Notes under the pieces: generated by a model
Databases searched by the model: none
Seen by the model: only the letters and a program-made list of their open reading frames with translations
Told to the model about the DNA's origin: nothing
Shown here: piece after piece, positions 28,098 to 50,200 of the stretch
Layout of the letters: each line of letters opens with the position of its first letter
Numbering within the stretch: the first letter of the stretch is position 1
Program-made: the position numbers and the translations under genes
Assembly: GCA_000165345.1 (NCBI GenBank)
Contig: CM000430.1
Coordinates: forward strand, 832,001-896,000
Reading direction: 5' to 3'
Length of the DNA: 64,000 nt

Positions 28098-29672
28098 ATG
28101 CCACAAAAAACATTGGTAACTCATATTTCTCACCAAGATTTGGACACAGTTCAAAGAGGAACAGAAGAATGGAATCTTTTGGAGCATTATCTTCAGGTTT
28201 GCTGTAGATCATCTAGATCTCTAATTCAGCAGATATGGCATGTTAATATAGGTAGTATTTCAACATCATTTGATAGAAGGACTCAAGACAAGTTGGTATT
28301 GTATTGTTGGGTAGATACAAATGAACTTGATCAGAATAATTCAATTCAAGATGTATCTAGAAGGGGGTTCAAAATTCCATCCAGTGGGATGAAGTTTACT
28401 TCAGGTAATATTAGACTTCCAGGAGTTCCTCAAGCCTCACATAATGGAGGAACTTCAGTGAATAGTAGGGATTTGCAACAAGCAAATAACACTAGATCTA
28501 ATAGTATGTTTGAATCTGATTATACTCCAGCAACAAGAAGGTTATTTGAGTTTTTCCTATGCAAAGTTGGCGTAGGATGCTCAGTTGTAAAAAATGATGA
28601 GAGTGAAGCAGATGGTGATAGATTTCCGATACCCCCAGAATATGATACGGTTTTTTTGAGAAATAAACAAATTAATCCTCCTTCTATGATAAATTCAAAA
28701 GTAGCAATGGATAGTGAATTAAAAGCAAATGAATTTAATTTATCATCAGCATTAGCATTATCAGCAGGTGTATTACCTCAACATACATTTAAACATGAAT
28801 ATATTATATATGATAGCTTTCAAGTAGTACCAGAATATTTAATACAATTTGAATATGATTCTTCATCACCAGAACTATTTGCTGTTCCTTGGTGTGATGA
28901 ATGTCAGGATTCACCAGCAATATTATGGTGTCAAGCTGATACTGCAAGATTATGTGATTCATGTGATGAAAGAACTCATAGACATAATAAATTAGTAACA
29001 AGACATATAAGAATCCCAATAAATCAAATGCCAAGAAATTCGGGAAATTGTCCAGTTCATACAATGGATAGTTTAGAAGAGTTTTGTACATTATGTCATG
29101 TACCGATGTGCAGACTATGTAGGCCATCACATACACATGCAGATGAAAAGACTCCTTCTATGATTATGCCGATTAGCAGAGCATATAGGGCTCAGTTAGA
29201 GAGGCATAATAAACCGCATCCATGTTTAAATTCAAGAAAGATGGAATTATTAGAAAAGCTTGAATCTCAGCAATTAATTTTCAATGATGTTCGAGCTAAT
29301 ATGTTTGAAGTAGAACAAAGAATTTACTCAATTTTAGAAAGCTCAATTACACAGTTACAAATTGCTACAGAATCAAAAATGAATAAAATTTTGTGTGAAC
29401 AACTTATTTTAAATCAGTTATTGCAACAAGTTGAATGGTCCGAGGGATTTCTTCAATATTTACAATCAATTCTCCCGCCTGCAGATTTTTTATTTGCATG
29501 GCTTAAACATTGCCATTACAGAGAAGAAGTTTTTCAACTTTGTGATATTTTAACTAGTAATGAACAATTTTTCCCTGATTCAAGACTTGTTGGAAGAGTT
29601 GATATTCTTTCAGAATCTGCTCTTAAACACAATAAACATCATAAACACGCAAAGAGTGACTTATTTACTTAA
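28098..29672 (+). CDS. tandem B-box zinc-finger / coiled-coil protein (524 aa)
   Basis: B-box 1 is CDECQDSPAILWCQADTARLCDSCDERTHRHNKLVTRH. B-box 2 is CPVHTMDSLEEFCTLCHVPMCRLCRPSHTH. A heptad-rich region follows. Confidence 0.65.
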   Translation: MPQKTLVTHISHQDLDTVQRGTEEWNLLEHYLQVCCRSSRSLIQQIWHVNIGSISTSFDRRTQDKLVLYCWVDTNELDQNNSIQDVSRRGFKIPSSGMKFTSGNIRLPGVPQASHNGGTSVNSRDLQQANNTRSNSMFESDYTPATRRLFEFFLCKVGVGCSVVKNDESEADGDRFPIPPEYDTVFLRNKQINPPSMINSKVAMDSELKANEFNLSSALALSAGVLPQHTFKHEYIIYDSFQVVPEYLIQFEYDSSSPELFAVPWCDECQDSPAILWCQADTARLCDSCDERTHRHNKLVTRHIRIPINQMPRNSGNCPVHTMDSLEEFCTLCHVPMCRLCRPSHTHADEKTPSMIMPISRAYRAQLERHNKPHPCLNSRKMELLEKLESQQLIFNDVRANMFEVEQRIYSILESSITQLQIATESKMNKILCEQLILNQLLQQVEWSEGFLQYLQSILPPADFLFAWLKHCHYREEVFQLCDILTSNEQFFPDSRLVGRVDILSESALKHNKHHKHAKSDLFT

Positions 29673-30756
29673 AATGAAATCAATCTAACTATTTAGAGAT
29701 GATTTTCTGAATGAATGTATGCTTATGTGTGTTTTTTTTAATATTTAATTTCCTTTTTCTGAAGAATTTCTTTGAAAAATCAAGTATAGCAATAAACAAA
29801 AAAAATCATATATTATTGGGAAAAGATTATTTAGGTAAATAAAAAATATTTATATATATATTTTTTAATATTTATTGTAAATCGAATTTTACATTTTTTC
29901 CCCTAATTTATATTAGTTTTTTGTCAATCCACATGCAAACATGCATATACAGTTTCTGTTACATGCAATAAAAATTGCCAATATTAACTTAAAATTTTGA
30001 TGTGGACGACCGGTATTTAAAGTTTGCATGCAATTATGTAAAAAAAAATTTCTACAAATATTAACACGTGTCAAAAATATTAAATTGAAAAAATGATGAA
30101 TTTATGAATGTTTCAATATTTTGTTAATTAAAAAAAGCAAACAAAAAATTTTTTTGTGTATCAGTACAAAATAAAGAATAAAATAAAAAATAAGTAAAAT
30201 ATTAACAAAGGTATTTTTGTGTGAGTTATAAAAATAAAACAACTATTTTGGAAGCTAATAAAACAAGAAAGAAAGTAAAAATACAAGTTAGAGCTGAAGA
30301 GCTTTAATAGACAGGAAATAAATGTAAATAAAGGAAAAATTTAACAGTTGTAAGAAAAAAAGTGGTATATATTTAAGATAATCCTTATACTTAAAATCTT
30401 GTCAAATATTAGTCATTAACTTGTTTAAGGGGAAATTTGTTTAATTTACAAGGCACATTGTTTTGTTCAAATTAAAACAATGTCTTTAAATTGCAAGGCG
30501 CCATTTCGATTTTGAATTAAAGATTATTTTATGAAAAAGATAGGGACAAGAAAAGTGTGAAAGCAAATAATATCATTATCATTATTATTACTATTATTAT
30601 TATTACTGTTACTATCATTACTACTATTATTATTTTTAATACTGGACTAAATAACAAATAAGAGAGATAAAAAGAAAGTAAACTGTAATGTTGAAATCTG
30701 ATAATAACATTTCTTTTTAGCAAGTGTTAAAAAAAAAGAAGCTAAAAGCTCAAATA

Positions 30757-36543
<5,787 letters not shown>

Positions 36544-36577
36544 GTAATATTAGATAAATAGATATTTGTTATTATTA

Positions 36578-38071
36578 TTAAACAAGTACTAATCCATGAA
36601 AATCATCAAATGCAAGATAACTTTTTTGGAGATTATTAATACTAATACATGAGAAATAAGTTGGTATAATACTTGAATTTGGATAATTATGAATTTGATC
36701 AGAAATAGGAAGTGAAGATTTGACAATCCATATAATATTTGTAATACTTTGATAATCTTCAATCTTTAAAATTTTACTCAAAAAATTTGGAAATATCTTT
36801 GTATGTATAATTCTTGGAAATTTTAACATGAGCTTTTCATTATTTATATTGTTATCAATTTTAATTCCATCTTTTTTATTGGAAATATAATTATCATAAT
36901 AATTATCAATATTTTTATCATTTTTCTTATTCTGGAAAAGATTTTCAACTTCAACAAGTTCTTCAGTGAAGTTATTCTTAAATTTATCATTAACACTGTT
37001 ATTGTTATTGTTATTGTTATTATTAATATTATTATTAATATTATTATTATTATTATTATTATATGTAAATTGGATTATAGGCTCTTCGCAAAAGGATAAT
37101 ATTCCAATAAATCCATGAAATTGAACAATTTGTCGAATTAAAGAAAATATGGAGTTAAAAATGGTATTTTTATTTGTAAAGTACCCAAGAATATGGTACT
37201 TATTTATAATTTGTTCATAATAATTATTTATTATTAATGAACTTAAATCTGCATTCCAAAAATTAATAGAATCAATTACCAATAATTTTGCTTTATTATT
37301 ATGATTATGATTAGAATCAAAATCAATGTTGGTATTTGTAATTGTTTTAAAATCACTATTAAAGTAATTAATAGAAGAGTTATTTATCATTTGCTTTAAA
37401 ATGCATAATAAATCTAATAAATCATTTACAAATATAATATTTAAATTACTGAGACTTTTTTTAATTATTTGATTAATAATAATTTGTTCATCTCTCGTTT
37501 TTATTTTAGAAAAATCAAAATCTTTTTGATTAAAATTGGTTTTATTACTTTTACAATTTTCTTCAATTAATTGAAAATAAAAATTTTGATTTAATAATTT
37601 CTTTTCAATAATAGGAATTAAATGTTTTTCAGTAAAAACTTCAATGGAAAATCCTGAATCAGTATCTATATAATACACTTTCTGATCATGACCACCAATT
37701 TCTTCTGGTAAAATACTTATTGCAATAAGATGCATGATTAGTAAACTTTTTCCTGATCCAATAGATCCCATAATTCCTAAAATATCACCTGGTTTAAAAC
37801 TTGTATTTTCTTTTCCTAATATTTCTTTTAAAATTTCATCTTTTATATCCATACTATATAAATTTTTTATTAAAACTCCTCTTAAAGTATCATCCACTTC
37901 TAATAAATTCTTTTCTTGTATATTATAATGATGATTATGATTATTATCATTTTCATTTCCATCTTTTAATTCTATTTTTCCATTTATTTTTTCTGAAAAT
38001 CCATCATTAATCCCTTCTTTTTTTCGAAAATCTAAATCTCCTGATTTAGAAATGAATTTAAGCATTCCCAT
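36578..38071 (-). CDS. RecA/RAD51-paralog-like P-loop ATPase (XRCC3/RAD57-like), 497 aa
   Basis: Walker A GIMGSIGSGKS. The downstream VYYIDTDSGFS resembles XRCC3 VVYIDTESAFS. Walker B-like KLLVIDSI. Asn-rich insertions. Confidence 0.5.
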   Translation of the reverse strand: MGMLKFISKSGDLDFRKKEGINDGFSEKINGKIELKDGNENDNNHNHHYNIQEKNLLEVDDTLRGVLIKNLYSMDIKDEILKEILGKENTSFKPGDILGIMGSIGSGKSLLIMHLIAISILPEEIGGHDQKVYYIDTDSGFSIEVFTEKHLIPIIEKKLLNQNFYFQLIEENCKSNKTNFNQKDFDFSKIKTRDEQIIINQIIKKSLSNLNIIFVNDLLDLLCILKQMINNSSINYFNSDFKTITNTNIDFDSNHNHNNKAKLLVIDSINFWNADLSSLIINNYYEQIINKYHILGYFTNKNTIFNSIFSLIRQIVQFHGFIGILSFCEEPIIQFTYNNNNNNNINNNINNNNNNNNNSVNDKFKNNFTEELVEVENLFQNKKNDKNIDNYYDNYISNKKDGIKIDNNINNEKLMLKFPRIIHTKIFPNFLSKILKIEDYQSITNIIWIVKSSLPISDQIHNYPNSSIIPTYFSCISINNLQKSYLAFDDFHGLVLV

Positions 38072-38542
38072 TGTTAAAGATATTTCAAGGAGAAAAAAAA
38101 ATGAAGGAAGAAAAGTTTAGAATAAAAATAGTAAATTTAAAGTAAAGCTTTATATACCCCCAATTAATTAAAAAAAAAAAAAAGTCTTTACTCTTTTAAA
38201 TATTACTATTTATTCTTATTTAGTTGCATTTTTTATTTCTTTTCTTTCAGAAAAAAAAAGAAAATAGAAATAAAAATTTTTTATTTGATTATTCTTCAGT
38301 TATTATTATTACTATTTGCTTTATTCTCCTCACACCATTTTATTTATTAATACCGGTACTAATATTCTTTCGGCGCCTGTCCACAAAGTCTTTAATGCAT
38401 GCATGAGTTGCAATTACGTGTAATTTGAGTGCATGCAAGTAATAATTTATTTGCAATTATTATATAAATAATGTTATATTAAAAAAATTAAAAGTTTTTA
38501 ATAAATAATAATAATAATTAAAAATGATTTGGAGATAATAAT

Positions 38543-38573
38543 AATCATAATCATAATCATAATCATAATCATC
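38543..38573. repeat. (ATCATA)5 hexanucleotide microsatellite
   Basis: In the divergent promoter between the RAD51-like and CDK genes. Confidence 0.8.
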
Positions 38574-38756
38574 ACAAAAATATAATATTTCATTTTCAAG
38601 TTTGGAATATATTTATAATATTAATAATTTTAATAAAAAAAAAATAAGGTAAAAACTGCTACAATACTACCAATAACAGCAATATAGCATTAATAAAAAC
38701 ACAAAACAAGGCAAAAACTGCATTACAATAGTTACAATAAAATATCAACTAATACC

Positions 38757-39953
38757 ATGAGAAAAACAAAACAATCCAATCAAAACCAAAATATACCTGA
38801 AAATCAATATATTCCCATTAATAACTATAAAGTTATTAAAATACTTGGAAAAGGTGCCTACGGAACTGTATATCAAGCTATTAAAAAAGATAATCAAAGT
38901 GATACAGAAATGGCTTTAAATATTAATGAAAATTCTTCTCAAAATTCTCAAGATAAATATAAAACAAAAATAAAAACAAAAACAACAAAAAACTATTATA
39001 ATAATAAAAAGTACTATGCTATTAAAGCTTTTGATAAAGATTTATCTAAAAAAGGTATTCATCCAAGTATACTTAGAGAAATTGGTATTCTTAAAGAATT
39101 ATCTAATCATCATTATTTTAATCAATTATTCATTCAATTAGAAGATGTTATACTTGAAAATGATCGTATATTTGCTATTTATGAATATGGTGGTATATCA
39201 TTATTAACTTTTATTGAAGAAAAATGTTCACATTATAATTATAAAAATAATCAAACTCATCCTCACCCTCACCCAATATTAAATCTACAATTTGGTATTA
39301 ATATATTTTTTCAAATTATTAATTCTATACAATTCTTACATAATCTTGGAATTGTACATCGTGATCTTAAACCTGAAAATATACTTATTAATGAAGATAA
39401 TCTACAAATCAAAATTGCTGATTTTGGACTTGCTAGATCTATTCGAAATCATTCATATACTAATTTTACAAATGATGTTGTTACTATTTATTATAAATCA
39501 CCAGAACTTATTATTTATTCAAATATGGATAATTTTAATAATAAAAATCATTTTATTCCAGAAATCTCTCTTCCTTTTTCAATTGATTCTTGGAGTATTG
39601 GAGTTATTGCTCTTGAATTATTTATTATTATATGTAATCAATATAATAATTCTCAAAATCAAAATTATTCAATATATAATACAAGAAATCATCTTAAAAA
39701 TCAAAAAAATGATTCAATTATTTGGTCACCTTTCTTTTTTGAAGGTAATGAACTTTCTGTATTAGATTCTATTCAGAAAATTCTTCATCCAAGTCAAAAA
39801 ATTAATAATCTCAAAAACTTGCTCTTACCATTATTTCAATCTTATCCACAAATATTTTATCTTATTTCAGAATTACTTGAATTGGATCCTAATAAAAGAT
39901 GTTCCTGTATTCAAGCTTTTCAAATACTTGAAAATTTTAAGTCAAATAATTAA
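38757..39953 (+). CDS. CDK-related protein kinase (CMGC group) with long inserts
   Basis: GKGAYGTVY glycine loop, AIKAF, the PSTAIRE-like GIHPSILREIGILKEL, HRDLKPENILI, DFGLARS, YYKSPELI. Confidence 0.8.
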   Translation: MRKTKQSNQNQNIPENQYIPINNYKVIKILGKGAYGTVYQAIKKDNQSDTEMALNINENSSQNSQDKYKTKIKTKTTKNYYNNKKYYAIKAFDKDLSKKGIHPSILREIGILKELSNHHYFNQLFIQLEDVILENDRIFAIYEYGGISLLTFIEEKCSHYNYKNNQTHPHPHPILNLQFGINIFFQIINSIQFLHNLGIVHRDLKPENILINEDNLQIKIADFGLARSIRNHSYTNFTNDVVTIYYKSPELIIYSNMDNFNNKNHFIPEISLPFSIDSWSIGVIALELFIIICNQYNNSQNQNYSIYNTRNHLKNQKNDSIIWSPFFFEGNELSVLDSIQKILHPSQKINNLKNLLLPLFQSYPQIFYLISELLELDPNKRCSCIQAFQILENFKSNN

Positions 39954-39969
39954 CTATTCACTACAATTT

Positions 39970-43695
<3,726 letters not shown>

Positions 43696-44343
43696 TTTTT
43701 ACCAAATATTAAAGGGTAAAAAAAAAAAAAAAAGTATGCTTTCTTTCTTTATAATTACAGTTTGTTTTTCATTCCCACGCTTATAATGTAATTATTTTAT
43801 TGAATTCTGTGTCAAAAAAATAGGATAATTATCAAACAGTCTTGACCTGTTGTGCATGTATTTTCTGATCATATGCATTTGCATTACCGCTTCTTGCACC
43901 ATTATAGTTTTTCAATTTTATATTGTAGAATAACCCACAAAGGCGTCAATGTCGTATTTACCATCTTTTAAATTAAATTTTGGATATTTGAGAAGATTGA
44001 AATTATATTTTAATAAATATTAAAGAATTGTTTGAAGTTTGTCTTTTTTTTTAAATAAAAAGTTACCATAAAACTTTCCTTTAATAGTTTTATAATTTAG
44101 TATTTACTAATACTAAATTAAATTTGAAACTATTTCATTTTCTATTCTTTTTTTTCCTTTCTTTTTTTTCTGTTGGTAAAAATCTAAAATAATACTTTTG
44201 ATTTAAAATCTGACCATTCTATATATTTAACTAATATATAATTTTTTTTTTTTTTAAATTAATATTTTCAGATTAATTTTTGTGTAACCGCCCCACACGC
44301 AATTAGTCAAATATATAAATACAGAAAAAAAAAAAAAATGCAT

Positions 44344-44413
44344 TGGCGCCAAGTTGTCATTATATTATTAATTCTTGTAATTAAAAAGAAAAAAATTGAG
44401 AAAATGTGGCGCC
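44344..44413. promoter_or_regulatory. pair of TTGGCGCCAA / GTGGCGCCAATGCA sites in a divergent promoter
   Basis: Between the 43695(-) and ERH(+) starts. CCGCCCCACACGC lies at 44290. Confidence 0.5.
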
Positions 44414-44879
44414 AATGCAATATTATTAGTTATATGGTCTTCCCACATTATTAAAGTAATATTAACAAATAAATATTATTAATAAGTAAAAAATTGGAGG
44501 AATTAACCGCATATTGTGTTAATGATGGGAAATTTTTAATATAGATAATAATTTAAAAACAATCACAATTTTCATTATCATAAACCAAAGAGGGAAGAAA
44601 TAATATCTTTGAAAAAAAATAATAATAATAAAAAGCCTCTTGGATTATTGTTTTTTTTTTTCTTCTCTTTTTCTTATACATCAAACTAGAAGTCAAAAGA
44701 AAATAAACAAAATTCAAATAATTTACTTGCTTAAATATAAATTAAGTGGAAACCTGTCAGATTAAATAATAATAGTATTCCTCAAAAAATTATTTAAAGT
44801 TATACTATTTCTCAATTTTTTTTTTAATTCTTTCTACATATTAAAGTTGTATATTTTTTTCAATTAAATTATTATAATA

Positions 44880-45338
44880 ATGGCACAAAATCAAGGACTT
44901 CATACTCTTTTATTAATTCAATATTCGAATAATATTAGTACAAGATCTTATATGGATTATGACTCTGTATCTCAAGCTGTTGATGGTAAGATGAATTTCT
45001 TAATTTATAAATAATTTAATTAATACTTAAAAAAAATTTTTTATTTTTCATATATTTTCAGGAGTTTGTCAAATTTATGAACAAAGCATAAAATGTGCAT
45101 TTTCTAATTTAAAAGAAGTTACGTACAGCATTGAAGACTTAGTAAAATACATTAACTCACTTTATGATATATGCATGCTCACGTAAGTTAATAATACCTG
45201 AATTTTTGATTTTATGTATTATATATTACTTGATGAATTTTTAGTCGGGATGGAACAAATCGCAGATATATTCCTCACGATCGCAAGTGGATTATTGACC
45301 AGATTTATTTAAAAATGAAAAGAAGAGCAGCTAACTAG
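44880..45338 (+). CDS. ERH: enhancer of rudimentary homolog (ERH), 3 exons (44880..44985, 45062..45182, 45245..45338), 107 aa
   Basis: Not in the ORF track. Spliced product MAQNQGLHTLLLIQYSNNISTRSYMDYDSVSQAVDGVCQIYEQ...TYSIEDLVKYINSLYDICMLTRDGTNRRYIPHDRKWIIDQIYLKMKR aligns along human ERH ([36 protein letters not shown]...YNKDWIKEKIYVLLRR). Introns are GTAAGA..TTTTCAG and GTAAGT..TTTTAG, with phases 1 then 2. Confidence 0.8.
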
Positions 45339-46101
45339 AAATTTAGATAGGAAATCAGAATAATAAATATTAGTATTTTCAATATATTATATATATATTC
45401 TATATTTTGCACATACTGAGTCTCTACAACCTTATAATAGTAATAGTAATAATATTAAAAATAATTATTATTATTATCATTATTGGCCTATTAAAATTCG
45501 GATTAATTAAATAATAAAACTTTATTGGTCATGAAAAATAAGATTATATTGATAACTAATATTAAAAAACAATTTACTCTTGCCATTATGCCTAATATTT
45601 CTAAATATACTTAATTTTTTCCATATTTATTATTATCATCTTTGCATGCATTCATTATTGTTATTATTTAATAATTTTCATGTGGATAAATTTTATTAAT
45701 TTCTGTACCGGCATAATAGTAATTACGTAATACCGGAGTGATAGTAAATTAATTGCATGCATTAAAAAAAAATTTTTTTGATTGCATGTGGATTTGAATT
45801 AAAAAAAATCATATCAAATATTAATAATAATAATAAATTATAAGTAATTGAAATGTCAAATTGATATAAAGCTGATTAAAGAGGGGCAAGAAAAGACTGA
45901 AATTTATTAAACAAATTTCAATATATATAAGAGAAAGATAAATTAGAGATAGAAAAGGAAAGAGGAGAGAAAAAAAACAAATTAAAGACTTGATTTTAGT
46001 AATAATACTATTATTGAAATAAAGAAAAACGTCTAATTTTTAAATAATAATATTTACATACAAATATATATAATATTTATTTATAATATAAATTTAATTT
46101 A

Positions 46102-46813
46102 ATGAAAATGAAGGTAACACTTTTATTTGGATTACTTGGATTATTTAGTGCAGTGAAAGGTGAAATGCAACAAATTAGAAAATATAATTATGGCAAAGAT
46201 TTATGTGAATTTGATATGAATAGTGTATTAAAAAGAATTCCATCATTAACAGATTTATCAACTGGAGATATTGTTCAAACACATTTATCTAATGAAGAAT
46301 TTGAAATTTCAAGTAATGGTGTAAGTTTTTTCATTCTTTCTTTATTTAATAAAATTTTCTAATAATTTTTGTTTTTTATTGAATAAATTTTAGAAACAAA
46401 TTAAATCCATTTCATTAGATGAAATAATAACTCCATTAGAAACTACTCCAAGTACTGATCAATGTTTTACAATCACATATGGAAGTAATGGAGATATTGA
46501 GACTTTATGTTCAGATTCTATTGGTGCTAGAAATTATATAATGAAGAAAATTACAATGAGTGTAAGTTTTTAATAATTATAAAAAAAAAAAAAAAGAAAG
46601 AAATAATTAATTCATTTTCTTTATTAATCTTAGATTCTTTGTTTACATTTGGGGAAAATGAGAACTGAGATTTCTGGAATTTCTCCATTAGAACAGCAAG
46701 CAAGTATGGAATTACAAGGAAATATTCCTGAAGAAGGTACTATTACTGTTCGTTTGGAAGGTATTGATGAAATTCCTAATATTGAAGTTGTAACAAATGA
46801 TGTCAAAAAATAA
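46102..46813 (+). CDS. small secreted protein, 3 exons (46102..46320, 46394..46561, 46634..46813), 188 aa
   Basis: Signal peptide MKMKVTLLFGLLGLFSAVKG. Both donors are GTAAGT, acceptors TTTTAG and TCTTAG. All junctions are phase 0 and the frame stays open to the TAA at 46811. No recognisable domain. Confidence 0.55.
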
Positions 46814-47267
46814 TAAATTTTAATATATAATGTGTATATAAACAAGAATAAAAAGTAAAAAGGGCATAATAATTACATTAAGAAAAAATAAATAAATACA
46901 ATAATCATAAATTTTCTTAAATTTATATTTAAAATATAATAATTAATAGAAATCTTCTTTGTTAATATTAAGTCCCTGTATATTTATATACAAAATATCA
47001 ATTTCTAAACAATGTATTTTTTTGAATTCTCTTTCATTCTCTACAAATAAAGAATTAATATTAATTTCACAAATTCAGTAAATATATTTAATATTCGTTA
47101 TGTTAAACAAAAGCTACAGTAATAACTAGAGGGTTTAAATGAGGGGAAAATAACTGGAATAAATAATTAATATAAATCAGAAATATTGAAATGTATCATC
47201 TGAGGATGATTTTTTTTTTTCTTCTTTTGTACCAATATTATTAAATTAGTACTGTGATTAATGCTGC

Positions 47268-50200
47268 TTATTGTTTTTGCAAGCTCTTTTGTTTTGAAAT
47301 GTAAAGCTCTTCCTGAGAAGTCATATAGTTATAATAAGCAGAATTCCCAACGAGGTTGGATCTTTCTCCAACAACTACAACTGAGCCATACTGTGCAGCA
47401 ATTGCTGCTCCACCTAGAACATCCTCCACATCAATATCCTTCAAAATATCTGCTAGTGCTTTGGCTTTTTGTTTATGAACTTTTTTGACCCACTTATGCT
47501 TTCGAAGGTCAAAAACATCTTGGATTAAACAATTCAATCTTGTTGAAATAGATGTATTCTGTAATTCTCTTAGTCTTCCAAACCATTGATCCACAATCAT
47601 CTGTGATTTCTCATTAGAATCCAAGTAATATCCTGTAGTCATAATTAATTGGCAAAGACATTCTACAGCATATTCATCAGGATTCTCTTGTATCATTACT
47701 AGATCAAATACTAGTTCATTCAAACTTCTCATTGGGAACATCTTTCTAATGAAGAGTTCTCCAATCAGTCGGATTATCCCCAAAACATGTAACTTTCGCT
47801 TCCTATACAATATTGCCAGCTCCTCTGAATCGTATTTCTCACGCTCTTCATCTGTTGGAGTCATATTTCGAGGCATATTCTTAAACTCTTGTTCACATCT
47901 TGCCAACAGGGCTTTACTAAAAGCAATTGTTGACTTTCCATCTTTATTCACAAGAACTGGACTCCTCCATTTAAGTATCTGACATAAATCTGCATACATC
48001 TCCGAGAAATCAGGCTCTGTTATTGCTTTATCCAATACTTGCTTCACTAATTCCTCTAGTTCATCCACATTCTTAATCTCATCAATACATACAGCGAGCT
48101 TCTCTGCTATTACTGTAAACTTCTCCACAGTTATTTTATTCAGTAGACTCTTCACAGCTCTCCTTACCGTTTCTAAGGAGTCAACAGTCTGGCCTCCATG
48201 TAAACTTCGTCTCCACGGTCCAACTACTCCGCTGGTACCGCTGCTGCTGCTACTACTACTACTAGTACTGTTGCTATTACTATTACTATTGCTACTACTA
48301 CTGCTGCTAGTAGGAGTTATATTATTACCATTGCCACTACCACCAGTATTATTAGAACTTCCCTCTTTATTATCTGAAGCTGGAATTGACGATTCTAATT
48401 TCTCTCTTCCTTCAATATCTCTGTTTGTTTTTAGGTCGTTCTTCTCTGCAACGATAGAGCTTTCATTAATATTGGTATTGATATTAAAGTCAGCGGATTT
48501 GTTATTTCCATCCAAGTATTCAGAACCCTTGCAAGATAACTTATTACTCATAGAATCTGATCCAGTTGTCACTTTTGCAGAACCAGTATTCTCCGATTCA
48601 TTTGAAGCTGTGGATAACTTCTTTCTAGAATCAACTGATTTCCCTTTCTCTAAACTCATTTCTATATTTGAGGGGTGCTGAGTAACTCCACTTTGGGCCT
48701 TATTTGATATGTTCTTGGACTCATTTTCATTTGGTGAAGCTGATGAAAATACATCTCCGTTATGTGTCTTCTGTTGATCCCCAGTTACATATTTAGGTCT
48801 TTCTTTGGGATGCCCGCCAACTTGGTGACCAGTGGACATTTGACCTCCATTAGTCCCTCCTGATGGGTTGTTGATATTCCTCAAATTCTTATTAAACCTC
48901 TTCTTGTTCTTTTTTTTTTTTAGATCTTCCGAAGTTGTACCACCTACTGCATTCTGCCCATACATATGACCTCCGCTACCCTCTGTTGAATGTTTTGGAT
49001 GAACAAAATTCTGGTTTGGCCCGCCATTGCATGCGTTTGTACCCTTTCCCACATTCTTTGGTCCAGAATATCTTCCATGGCGCCCATATGTGTGATCCCC
49101 GCCATTTTGATTTTTCCATGAACCACCAGTATTATTAGAGAAGTTGTGATTATGACTGTATTGGTTGTGATTATTTGAAGGAATATTTGATCTCAAATTA
49201 TGATCAGTATTGGATTTTTGAGTATTAGAGTAGTCATCTTTAGTCATATCCTTATGTTCTGCAGCAAAATCAGAATTATTGCTCTGTTGTGAATGGGATG
49301 GTTTTTGTGATTGAGCCTGAGGCTGTTGTTGAGTTATGGGCTGGTTCTTTTGTCTTTGTTCAACATTAGCTGTAAGATTATGTTCAGATTCGGAACCTAT
49401 TATTGTTGTCGTTGTCGTTGTTGTCGTTGCTGCTGCTCCAGACCCTGGCTTCCCATTTGAAAAATTCTTGTGTAAAACTGTTCTTGATTCCTTGAGAGAT
49501 GCGTCATTATTGTCTTTTTGGTTAACTCCATGTGATCCTCCTTTACCAATACTGTCCTTGTGCTGATGGTAGTTTGAGTGCTCTCGAGCGCCATGCTGCC
49601 TGCCATACCCATAGTAGTGAGAATCCCCTCCTCCTCTTCTATTTGGAGTTGCATGAAAATCCTTTCTAGAGGTGCTAATACCATTGTTGTTTTGAGAAGA
49701 ATAGTGTTTTCCTCCTTCCTCTTTTGTTGTGGTAGTATGAGGCGTAACATTAGTAATATTGGAAGTATTCGTTGTTGATGATATTACAGTAGTATTTGCG
49801 GGTTTAGATGAGGTAGATGTCGCTACTACTTCTGAGCTAATACTAGTGGTATTTTCAATAGCAGTATTATTGGAAGGGCCATTTTGGAATTGCTGCTGAG
49901 ATTTGTTGTGCTGGTTAAGTTTAGATTGAGAGTTATGCAAAGTCCCTCCTGCACCTCCACCCGAGTTAGAGGATGGGGGAGGTTGTTTTCTATTCAGATC
50001 GTATCCGCCTCCGGAAGAACTTCCATGATTATGTTGTCTATTTCCTGAGTATCCGTATCCTCTTCCTCTTCTATCTTGGTTGTATCTACCCTCATGGTGG
50101 CTGTTATGGCTCGATGACGAGTATGTCTGGTGCTTTTGTTGGAAGTTAGATGATATCTGTCTCTGACTAACTTGTTTGGGATGTTGGGTAGTATTTTGGC

